DNA of 62,941 nt, the filler included. It is 5 parts of 5 records of this genome, joined end to end, with 100 filler letters (N's around TTAATTAATTAA, not from the genome) between each part and the next. Parts side by side here need not be neighbours in the genome. Positions count along the whole stretch, not along the records: positions 35,588 to 44,542 come from SRR2962707_5223; positions 44,643 to 51,891 come from SRR2962707_5224; positions 51,992 to 62,941 come from SRR2962707_5229; 2 more parts are not named here. One strand, given 5' to 3'. Position 1 is the first letter of the stretch. Each line of letters opens with the position of its first letter. The notes below the pieces were generated by a model. It was not told the DNA's origin, did not search any database, and saw only the letters and a list, made by a program, of their open reading frames with translations. The position numbers were made by a program, and so were the translations under genes. Below, one piece after another: positions 38,501 through 55,000 of this stretch.

Positions 38501-41500
38501 CTGAGTGGTCGCCGAGCGCACGGTTGGCTTGTCCGCCACCAACGACTGACCCCATGCCAATCGCATAGTTGGCAGTGCCGCCCGCGACCGAGCTGTAGGC
38601 GCCCTGTGCCACAATAGACTTGCCACCTCCAATCGTCGAATACGACCCCAGCGCGGCATTGTTTGACCCTCCACCAATGAAAACATGCTCTTCATTAGCG
38701 GTGTTGGCTTCGCCACCGACGATGCAGGAAAACGCCGCAATGCTCGTTACTGAGTTAGAACTGCCCCCTGCAACCACGCCTGCATAGCTACACAAAATTC
38801 ACCCATCATCATCACCATCACAAATCAAACGAAAAAAGAAGCAATTGCACGCCCGCACACGTCCGCGCAAACGAAGAAAGTGCAATTGTGCGTACCCCGC
38901 CGCCAAGAGCTCACGGCCACCTCCGATAGATGACATTGGTGCGTCTGCTGTATTCAGATACCCTCCACCAACGGCGGCATAAGCGCCGCTAGTGCTCACA
39001 ATATTTTGGTAACCCCCGCCCACCGCGCTTGCGTATCCACTTGCTGTACATTCTACGCCGCCGGCCACAACACAAAGTACCCCAAATGCGGAGTTGTTCT
39101 CACCGCCAGCCACTGTTGCGCCTGCTGCGGATGCCTCGTTCCACTGACCACCTCCAACACTGGCTGCCGGACGAGCGGCAACATTTCGGACGCCCCCGCT
39201 TACAACAGCGCCGTAAGATGCCGCTGTATTGTGAAACCCACCACCAACGGCTGCGTACCCGCCAAGAGCAAGGCCGTTCATGCCGCCAGCCACAACTGAC
39301 ACATGTCCACTTGCTATGTTACGAGCGCCGGCTGCTACCGTAGCGGTGCCAGAGGCTTCATTGTGGTACCCAGCAAGGACGCCAGCTCCACTGCCGCTTG
39401 CAACATTAGAACGTCCCCCGCCAACGACCGCCATGAATCCACTTGCGTTGTTAGAGCGCCCTCCGCCTGCGATGCTCAGCTCCCCGAAAGCAGAATTGTT
39501 CTGGCCTGCGACCACAGCGGCAGCGAAGCCAATTGCATGGTTATTGGCCCCACTCGCCACACTTGATGCATCGCCAGAAGCAACATTCTCGCTTCCGGTT
39601 CCAACAAAGGAATTCACACCGATCGCTTGGTTGCTCAACCCTAAACAAAAATGGGCCAAGGGACGTTATAGTGTCGCTCAATTTGGCACCACAGCCATCT
39701 GTAGCAGCAATTGTTTGACACACTCACCTCCAACAACGGTAGACCCTTTGCCCAAAGCGGAGTTATTTGCCCCTGCCCCCACCAATGACGATTCGCCAAA
39801 AGCGGAGTTCGACTCGCCGCCAGCAACAGTCGCAGCAAAACTGGCAGCATAGTTCTGTTGACCGCCGAAAACGGCTGCAGAGTCGCCAACGGCACGATTA
39901 GATACTCCCGATACCACTGCAGAAAATTTGCCATTGGCTGTGTTTTGCGTCCCCCCGGTAATGGAGGACGACTCACCATTGGCAGTATTTTGGTGGCCAC
40001 CAATAGAGGCCGAAAACGCTCCAGTCGCAGTGTTGTGAGCTCCACCGACAGTACTCGCCTGCCCGCTGGCAGTATTCCAAAAGCCTCCAATCACGACCGA
40101 CAACGTTCCTGTTGCAGAGTTGTTGGCGGCGTCGCCGCGAGTGCTCGTGGAGGCACTGCTGCTTCGGTTGGAAGCTTCAATGGCTGTGACCCGCTCGTTC
40201 AAAGCACTGATTTCCGAAACATTAAAAGAAAGAAGTTCACTGGTGAGCTGCATGCCGTTGACAAAAAATCCATCAGCAACACATACATTTACAGTGCCGT
40301 TCCCAACACTGTTGCAAGGCACAGCAGCTCCGTCGGGTTCGTTTCCAGCAAAACTCAAAACAGCTGAGTAATGATGTTTTGCACTTGCTGACCGCCCAGC
40401 CGCAAAACTGGAGTCACTGAAGAGTCAATGATTCATAAAGTCAGGCAGAAACTCAGCATCCTATGGTCAACAAATTGCGTTCGGCAACAGAGCAAACTAG
40501 GCGCGAACGAACTTACCCCAACGCAAGGTTGTTGTTGCCGCCAGCTACCATGGCAGTGTATCCACTTGCAGTGCTATACCAGCCACCTGCGATGGAAGAT
40601 CTCCTTCCAAGAGCATGGTTGTGGCCACCACCCATCACTGCCGCATCAGTGCCGGTGACTTTATTAAACTCCCCGCCACCTATCGATGCATACGATGCGG
40701 TAATGCTGTTTAAGTAGCCACCATTTAGAGAAGCATAATTTCCAGAAACAACGTTTAAGCGGCCTCCCAGGACCGCCGATGTGTAGCCATCAACTTGGTT
40801 GTCGAGTCCTCCCACAACAAGTGAGGCCATTCCTGTAAGCAGCACATTGGGAGGCTTCCATCATGGCCAGGAACACTTCAGCAAATCAACGGTGCAGTCA
40901 TGTAAGAACCCCCTCTGCTGTTCTCACGCTGACACGCACCGTCGACGCTGTTGAATTCGCCTCCGCCAACAAAAGAGCTTTGTCCACCCGCAGAATTCGA
41001 AGCGCCTCCTGCCACGCAACTGTGTTTCTCGGCCGCTTGGTTGGAATCACCTCCGCTCACGGTCGCTGCGTAGCTTCAAGCCACAAATGAACCAGTGCAC
41101 AGATCACAGTGAACAAAACATTTCCAGCCCGAGGTACCTATTGTGGCGCTGAAGCATGTGCGCAGGAGCAAGTGCGGAAAGGTACGAACCCGGATGCAGT
41201 GCACAGGACCCCCCCGGCAATGCCAAACGGAAGCTCCACCTGTCAAGTCAACGAGTAGATAGTGATTGGGAAGCTCAACCAACAACGGCATGCTTCTTCA
41301 CGAGCAAACAATCGCGCTGAGAGCACATCCAGCGTTTGCGATCGATGCAAAACACAGGGCAAAGCCCTCCAAACTCACGCCACCAATCCCCACACTTTGA
41401 AGAATTGTTGGCAAGAGTCAACAGGTAGTTAGTACTCACCGTGTTTGACTTTCCGCCAAGTATTGAACCATACTCAGCAACTGATGAAATGCCATTGAAC

Positions 41501-44449
41501 GCTCCGCCTACAATTGAGCTGTACCTAACCAAAAACAATGAAGAAACGGAGTCGGAAATAAAACAATCATCCACTCAGTGATGCACAGCCAGGTCCCCAC
41601 ACAGCACACGAACTTGGCATTCGCTGAACTAGCTCGGCCGCCCCCAACAAAAGCGTGCTCGGAGCTCGCGGTGTTGGATTCGCCTCCGACAACGACTGCT
41701 GCGTAGCCAGATGCCACGCTGTGAACTCCTCCCGCACAAGTCGCAAATCGTGATGTTGCCCCATTGTTCCAGCCACCACCAACACTTGCCCAACGGGCGC
41801 TGGCCGTGTTGAGGTAGCCGCCAGCTACTGTGCTGTGCCTCCCAGAGGCAACGTTCTGTTGGCCACCGCTGACTGTGGCATACTCATCGACTGCAGCGCC
41901 TGCTACTCCGCCCCCAATGGTCGCCGCTAAACCTGAAGCAACATTGGACGTTCCACCTCCAATTGTTGCGAACTGGGCAAGCGCAGTATTCGAAACTCCA
42001 CCTCCAACTACGCCACCGAAGCCCGTCACAGAGTTGACAGAACCTCCAGCGACCACCCCAAATGGCCCTGAGCAAAAACTGTGGTTCCCTGCGAGTGCAG
42101 CGCAAAATGCACCTCGTGCGATGCTGAACGCCCCACCTGCGATTGCATAATCTCCTAAAGCGGCGTTAAACCTTCCCCCAGCAACTAAGGCGCCTGTCGC
42201 GTTGGCTGTGTTGTCGGATCCACCCCCGATGCTTGAAAACTCTCCGCTGGCAGCTTGCTCCGCGCCACCTAGAATGGAGGAGTGGTCACCGCGAGCCACA
42301 TTCTTCCATCCACCCATCACTGCCGCCAAGAAACTGCACGCAATTCGAAGCAACACAAGCGTTAGCGCGGCAACACAATAGCTTCAAAGAGAGCAAAGTA
42401 AGGTTTCAATCAGCACCAATCGGCGCGACTGTTGAAGCCCGCGCAATCACGCACCCGGATGCAGTGTTTTTTAATCCGCCGCCAACTGCCGCGGCAAACG
42501 CTGAAGCAGTACCTATCGTACGCAAGTTGGACAAACGGAGATTTAGAATTGCTGGAAGTTCGGTCACAAGCAAGATGTCGACTTCGCCATGAACATCGCA
42601 CAGACAAGACAGACTCACTAAAGCCGCCTCCACCAATGGTTGCGTACCTACGGTACGTGTTGCAAGTGCAGACATGTATATAAGGCGACGTGCAACATCC
42701 ATGAACACTCATCATAATACTTCAACGATGGTACATCAGTGCAATACACAGCAGCGGTGCGGATAACCGTACTGCAAAGAAGCGGTGTTTCGGTACCCGC
42801 CAGAAACGGTCGTAAATTGTCCGTTCGTTCCGATGTCACTTCCAGCAGTGTTAAGCGCGCCTCCGCCTACGAAAGCCTGGTAACCGGAGGCAGCATTGCT
42901 GCTTCCTCCGACCACGGCTGCCATGTACCCCCTCGCCACGTTGCCCCCGCCGCCTGGTTCAAGACCAAAGAACACAATAACAATCAGCGCCTCGGCAAAG
43001 TAAGCAGCAAAAAACAGGGTAGCAATGCCCACCGCCATGCGCTGAAGTTCAGGTTGGCTTTGAGGCCGGAGAGCAACGCAGAGACACGCACCAACGACAG
43101 CACTTAGCTTCGTCTTGGCTGTATTAGCCTCACCACCGCCAACAAACCCAAAATCCCCATGGACTATATTGCTGTCACCGCCAGCAATAGCGCCACTAGA
43201 ACCTGAAACCGCATTTGCAGTTCCGCCACCAATCATTCCAGCGGGAGAGGCAATGCTATTGGATGCGCCACCACCGATAAAGGCGTAATCGGTAGTTGCA
43301 ATACTGTTACTCAGTCCGCCAGAAATAACGCATTCCTGCCCACCTTCGACCTTGTTCAGATTCCCACCCCCAACGACTGCATAGGTGCCGTTGGCAGAGT
43401 TTGATTCACCGCCGACCACACTCACTCCATATCCTTGTGCTGCATTATTCCAACCGCCGCCGATGAAAGAGTACTTGGCCTTGGCTGAGTTTTCGCGCCC
43501 GCCTGCCACAGCCGCACCTGCGCTCGTTGCTGCGTTGGATCTGCCCCCGCCAATAGTTGATTGCCTGCCCACAGCTTGATTCGCGTACCCACCACCAATG
43601 ACCGAAAAGATGCCGCTACCAGCGACTGTATTTTCTTGGCCACCGCCAATTGTGCCATATTTGGCGTCAAGGGTGTTCAACTCCCCTCCGCTGATAGTGC
43701 CCGCATCCGCCAAGACCGAGTTTGACGCTCCGCCGCCAACGACCGCGAAATCTGCCGTCGCGCCATTGCCCTGGCCGCCACTGACAACAGCATGGTTACT
43801 CGTGATTGCATTTGACGCGCCTCCTCCAATGAAAGCGTTGAACGACCCAAACGAAACGACGTTCGACTGTCCTCCCACCACGACAGCATAACTGCACCAA
43901 GAACGCGCAGCAACACACGGTTGGTTTGCTGAAAACCCGGCTCGGCACGAATAAGACTCTGGCAGCAGGTGCCCGGCACTACAAGAGACTTACTATCCAC
44001 CAGCGAAATTGGGACCGCCGCCAACAATTACGCTCGCTGGTCCTTTGGCAGTGTTGGAACCGCCTCCCTGCCACACACGTGAACAAAAACAAAAAAATGA
44101 ATCCCGAAGCATCAACATGGGTGCGTAAATGAGTAAACGTGATTGCGTGAGTTCGTGGACCAATCGATTCGCGTTGCTGTAGCGTCGATGGTGGATATAC
44201 CCCAAAACGCTCCGTTGGAAAGAAAAGAAAAGAAAAGAAAAAAACACCACCGACATGACGCGACAAAAAACAGGCAACGACAAGCACGTGCAACGCACGC
44301 ACCACAACCACTTCATAATCATCGGCGTCTGCAAGGTTAGAGGGGGAGTTCGCTCCCAGGCACACTTCCACGTCCCGATCTCCATTGCAGACAGCGCTAG
44401 CGTTCCGGGAAACCAGCAAGAAGGAGAGCAGCAGCAGCAGCAGCTTCAT
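35588..44449 (-). CDS. Eukaryotic multi-exon secreted protein: two GGxxNxAxG beta-roll repeat arrays with necks and coiled coils, then a Ser/Thr mucin-like stalk (3'-truncated)
   Basis: ATG 44449 with signal peptide MKLLLLLLSFLLVSRNASA; about 17 introns restore one frame by hand (e.g. 44302-44068, 43993-43892, 43091-42954; donors GTGCGT/GTAAGT/GTGAGT, acceptors mostly YAG); 14-aa repeats like SVIGGGYANQAVGR. Confidence 0.8.
35600..36300 (-). repeat. Degenerate ~80-aa tandem repeat in the mucin-like stalk
   Basis: CAATTCTGTCGC recurs at 35652, 35835 and 36075; protein repeats TSSV..TT...FT..STAA.F.ATEL. Confidence 0.75.
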
Positions 44450-44513
44450 CAATCAATCCACCCACTCCTTGCAGGGGAGTGCCGATTCCTCAGACTGCAG
44501 CAGACGCTTTCTT

Positions 44514-44542
44514 GTGTGTGCGCGTGTGTGTGTGTGTGTGTG
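44514..44542. repeat. (GT)n microsatellite at contig end
   Basis: gtgtgtgcgcgtgtgtgtgtgtgtgtgtg runs into the gap. Confidence 0.9.
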
Positions 44543-44642
44543 NNNNNNNNNNNNNNNNNNNNNNNNNNNNNNNNNNNNNNNNNNNNTTAATTAATTAANN
44601 NNNNNNNNNNNNNNNNNNNNNNNNNNNNNNNNNNNNNNNNNN
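44543..44642. other. Artificial contig spacer
   Basis: N run with TTAATTAATTAA at 44587-44598. Confidence 0.98.
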
Positions 44643-46141
44643 AACAACAACAACAACAACAACAACCTCAAACCCAACCACAACACGAAAATAAGCAGCA
44701 CCTACAGCATCAACAGCCGCCTCAACAGCAGCGGCGACGGCGCCAGCAGCAACAACAAAAGCAGCAGCTGCACCAACATCAACAGCAGCTTCGGACTGTG
44801 CCACCTTCAACGACTGTTGACGTCGGAGGAGTGCGCATGGGACGAACAGGCCTGACCCCTCCGTCATCCGCTGGGCGAATGCACCCCCCTGTGTCCCGAA
44901 ACCCTCGTCTTCCAAAAGGCGATGCCAACATTGCGGTGAGCGGCAGTTGATTTGCTACGTTGTTTTCTTTGTCGCGCTTTGGTAAGCTGGAAGCACGAGT
45001 CACCCATTGCTGACGTGGAAATTTGGTTGTTGTGATCCGTACTTAATAGTCCGGCGATTTCGGTTCTTTGGGCGCGTTAGAAGTTGACGACATGTCTTTT
45101 GAAAGTTCCGACGGGGAAGGTGCGCAGATCTCTTCGCATTCTCTTGCTTGCTTTGCGTTGCTACCCAATACTGAAAATAAAAGTTGCTCTGTGTTCCTGC
45201 ATATCCACTGAAACTCCTTCCAGTTTTTTTCAAAGAAGTGCCTGAAAATGCTGGACCGCAACAACTCCATCAAAAACGTTCCAAGTCCAATCTCAAAGCG
45301 GCCCCAGCATTCTCAATATCCACGAAACCTGACCCTGCGCGCAGTGCCGGGTCTGTCCCATTGCATGGGAATACCCTCGCTGGTGACGCCCAAGCTGCCG
45401 CTTTCAGCTCTGCACGGCAGCGACAGGATGCAATCATGCAGCGTGCTGCGTCCCAGCCGGAGAAGCACCGTTACAGTCAGGGGAGTGCACCCCTGCACGG
45501 TTCACCTCAAAAGCAAAGCCCAAGCAAAACACAGCGCGGTGCTGGTGGCAGCGGTAGCGGTGGTCGTGAGGCATCGAATGACCGCGGCAGTGGCATGGTC
45601 AGCCTGCACGGAACACCCCGGAGTAGTGCAGGCTTTGCGGATAGCCGTCGAAGAAGCACGGGGGGTCGAAATGGTTTTGGAACCGTTGGAGGCCGTGCTG
45701 GCACTGCCGCAGGGCGACGCCCTCTGCTCGACAGAGTGCACCGCTTCCGCCAGTCATCACATGGACACAAACGCGTACGTGATTGGGCACCATTGGTTTA
45801 GAATGCTTGCTGTACGTAGAGTTTCTGGTGGCTGTGGTTCTGACGCTTTGATGTGCGAAATTGACCGTTACCCCTAGGGCTTTTCGGACCCAGGATTTTC
45901 GTTCCTGAATAACAAAGCTGGCTTTAAGTTAGTTGATGGAGATCCCGCAGGTCCTTCGGGTAGTGCGCCAGGGCATCAGCGAAAGCGAAGCCGCGGCGGG
46001 TACCGCTGCAAGTTCTGCGGCCAGCTCAAGAAAGGCCATATTTGCCCCAACATTGCGGTGGAGATTGTAGCGGATGATGGCAGCAAGAGGGGCCTTGGCA
46101 CGCAGGTGGACACAGTGATCACAATGATGCTGTTGCCATGA
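44643..46141 (+). CDS. Eukaryotic multi-exon low-complexity protein with C-terminal YRCxxCGxxKKGHxC zinc-binding motif (5'-truncated)
   Basis: Q-rich start on (AAC)n; last exon 45878-46141 after a CCCTAG acceptor translates GFSDPG...RKRSRGGYRCKFCGQLKKGHICP...GTQVDTVITMMLLP*; upstream donor CGC|GTACGT is in phase. Confidence 0.65.
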
Positions 46142-46357
46142 AAGAGTGCACGGGGCTTCTTTAGCTGCCTATCTGGCGATGTGAAGGCTGGGCGCTATGC
46201 ATGTAACAAATTATCACTGTTTACGTCGGGCATGGTGGAATTGATGAGCATGGCGCGGTTTTCGATTTTTAACAGTTGCACACGTCGGGGCCTGTTTGCA
46301 AGTTCAATTGACGCAGCTGCGCCAGGCCCAGACGGTGCGCACTAATATTACTTCGCA

Positions 46358-51630
<5,273 letters not shown>

Positions 51631-51891
51631 TTCTCAACTCCCTCCCTCCCTCACAACGTCGCTTCGTTCCAGGGTCAACAATGGAGGAGGGAAGGTGAAT
51701 AATCCGTGGTGACAAACAATGAATGAATCACCGAAAAAAAAATAAATAAAAAAAAATAATACAAAGAAAACGGAAACGGAGTGAGACGGACGGTGAAAGA
51801 GAAAACGCACTTTTTATTTATTCGCACGCGTGCTCTCTTTGTGGCTCTCTGTCCCGCTCTCTCGCTCTCTAGAGTGAGTGATTGAGAGAGA

Positions 51892-51991
51892 NNNNNNNNN
51901 NNNNNNNNNNNNNNNNNNNNNNNNNNNNNNNNNNNTTAATTAATTAANNNNNNNNNNNNNNNNNNNNNNNNNNNNNNNNNNNNNNNNNNNN
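51892..51991. other. Artificial contig spacer
   Basis: N run with TTAATTAATTAA at 51936-51947. Confidence 0.98.
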
Positions 51992-52016
51992 GCAGCAGCA
52001 GCAGCAGCAGCAGCAG
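51992..52016. repeat. (GCA)n microsatellite at contig start
   Basis: gcagcagcagcagcagcagcagcag. Confidence 0.9.
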
Positions 52017-52019
52017 TCG

Positions 52020-55000
52020 ATGAAGGTGACCCGCACAAAGACAACGCCGGCGACGAGAGTGAACAAAAAAACGAAAGCCCGCCCTATGAGCGCTAGCAAG
52101 GCTTTCCACAGTGACCCAGTGGAGCACGAATACGACATTACGGATGCTGCTGCTGCCACAATGTATCGCATGCGACTGCGCCGGAAAAAGTCGGCAGCTG
52201 CTCTTTTGAAGCAGAAAGGGGACGAAAACTTTGCCAGGCTGGCGACTTCGGGGCTCATGGTGAGCAGTGCCAGGCGGTTTGGGCGGCGCTGGGTGAACAA
52301 GATGTACACAGCACAAGTTGCGAAGGATAAAGGCATGTACCTGCGTGAAATGGGGGAGGGTGTGCCGCGCGTGGAGGTCCAGGACCCTAAAATGCTGTTC
52401 GAGTTCGAGAAGTATCTTGCTGTGGAGCAGGTGCCCTACCACGAGCAGGGAGACCACATGTTCTACGTTGACAAGGTATGTTTTGAGAACTTCACCCACG
52501 CCAGCTTTCAGAGCGTCCGTTTCTAATTCTCGACGATTTCGTGCCTCCACTGACCATGCACGGCGGAAAAAAAAATTACTGGTAGGTGGTCAAGAAGCGG
52601 GAGGCCGTTGCACAAGATGAGTTGGTTCAAACCTGCCTTGGACGTTTGTGGGACCTGGTCCCCAAAAATGGAGCCGATGGTCGACACATCGCGCGCGAAG
52701 ACTACATTAACTTTCACCTGTGTCTTCAGCGCGTGCTATTTGACCCTTTTAGCTTTACTGAAGCGTTTCGTCGGGCAGAAGATGACTGGGCCGTTGATAT
52801 TTTGCGTCAGGAGGGAAGCTACACAGTGATGCCAACATTGACCTCAATGGGGGAGAACGCTCCACAACTCGTTGACGGAGAAACGCTCGAGAAGCGTGGC
52901 ATGTCAGAGGCTCAATTTCGCGGGAGTATGTTTGAGTTTGCCGATGTTTGGACCGACTCAGTCGAACGAATGGACTACGTCCGGTTTTTGTCGGTCATGC
53001 TTGACCGCATTTCGCTCAAAAAGCGCGCCGCTGTTTGGCAGTATTTTGACAAGTTCGTAGTATCGCTGCCTTTGGCCACGATCTGATTGCATGCTGATGA
53101 TCCGTTTCCTCAGTGCTGTATTTTGTTCAATGTGCGCGGGAAGGTACGCAGTGGTGGCATTAGACGAGCCGTTTCGCGGATATGATGCGCAGGGAAGAGA
53201 CCATCGGAATTGGGTATCCTTCCCACTGGAGTTGACAACCCAAATAGAAAAGGCTTTTCTTGCCGAGGCGGAAGTGAGTACCATCGAATTTCGGGGAAAT
53301 GAGCGAAATCTTGTATTTTTGGCCGAGGAAATTGAACAAGGAGTTGGACTAGGCGCAGTACCGGTTCGGCGGGTAGTCACCGACGAGTGAGTTTATTGCC
53401 TGCGGTACATGCAGCTAAACCATGACGATTCAAGCGCAATATGAAGGTTAAAAAATTTGAGATTCTTGAGGCTTGTCTTGTGCGCTAGGTATGTTGGTCA
53501 CCAACCCGAGCGCAAGAACAACCTTTCCATAACGTCAGCTGCAAAGCTGGCAGGAAAAATGAGATTGAAGGTCTGTTGCGACGTCGTTTTATTTGGTCAA
53601 TGCAAGACAGCTGCTGTGGGAGTATTGCTGAATTTAGTATCCATGTGCCAGGCGAGGCAAGCCATCGCTCACGTCAAAGAGATTAAACCATTCTTGCAAG
53701 TAGCGGAACGATCTGGAAACTGTAAGGCTCCCGAATGGTTGTTGGCCAAGGTCGATTTGGACAGTGACGAATGCAGAGCACTGGTAGGATGCGGTCTGCA
53801 CCCCTTTGTGGTGGTGATTGGGCGGCAATGATCACCCGGCTGCCTTTAACAACGACTGCTGGTGATGTCACTGCCCGGCACCAGGCTCTCAGGTCCTTAG
53901 ACGGGGGTTTCTATCCGCTACACGTTTTCACCACCAAGAAAGACGTGGCTATGGTCGAGTATTTATTGGCTCGTGGTGATGACCCATGTAGCATCGGGCC
54001 GGAAGGAGAATTGCTTTTGCAGCTGGCGGCAGAAGTTGGTGCGTTGCATTGTGATGTCCCAAAGTCAGCCGAGTATCAGGGTGGAATCGTGTGTTTCATA
54101 CCAGTGCTAACTCGCAGTGGACTGCCGTGTGTTTGTGGGTTGCAGGTTCAAGCGACCTTCTTCAGTTACTGTTGAGGTACCCAGTCGATGTAAATCGCAG
54201 AGATGCGGAAGGCGACACTGCGCTACACTGTGCTGCTCGAAAAGGGCACGTGGATTGCGTCAAGCTGCTGTTGAAACACAATCCACTCTTAAGCCAAAAC
54301 ATCGATGGGCTCCAGGCTGGGGACCCCGACCTGTATGACAATTTTCTTGCGCCCGAGACGCGAACGGTGTGTGAAGTCTGTACATGAGGAATCTGTGTGA
54401 AGCAAGTGTTGTTGCAACCGTTCCTGCAGACATGGACGGTGACGCTGCCGCTTGGTTTGCTGCTGGTTGTTGTTGCGCTGCAGACGATCACGGAATTGAT
54501 CAGAGAGTGTGGCACGGATCAAGCTGAACAAGAGCAAAGAGCCAGGGAGGCAACGGATATTAAGGCAGCTGAGGAAGCGGCGACACCAGAGGTTTATCGT
54601 CGACGCAGTGAACTCCTCCGTTCTCACTCTTTGAAGGTAAATGTTGCGAGCAGTTCACGTATCATGTATATTTGTGGCAGGAAGTGCACGAGGTGAAGTG
54701 AACTTTTGATAGAATCTCACACATGTTCTGCTCGGCTGTGTTGAATTGTGGAAAAAGCCGGAAAGTCTAGCTGAGGCCGTCGCACACGCTCGCATGGTGC
54801 GGTTGGAGGAGGGTCCTAATAGAAAAATGGACGAACGGCCGAGCAGCAGCAACATTTTTCGGGCGGCTGCTCAAGTGCATGCTCTTGAGTTCCGCAGTCA
54901 ACAGACTGCTGAACTGGAACTTCAGGCCGACCTCGGAAACACTGCGTTGACGTTTCAGGACACAGTCTTACTTTCTTCTGCCACCGATCAAGTGACGGGA

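Noticed and set aside
37950-44070. CRISPR array or non-coding tandem repeat (about 42-nt periodicity)
   Set aside because: Periodicity is conserved at protein level with synonymous variation; no identical direct repeats with unique spacers and no cas genes
37950-44070. PE-PGRS, collagen or ice-nucleation protein
   Set aside because: The repeat unit is 14 aa with V/I-x-G-G-x-x-N; it is not GGAGG, Gly-X-Y or the AGYGSTxT 16-mer
35788-44594. Numerous plus-strand Pro/Thr/Ala-rich ORFs (PPPT repeats)
   Set aside because: Antisense shadows of Gly-rich codons of the minus-strand adhesin; splice signals are on the minus strand
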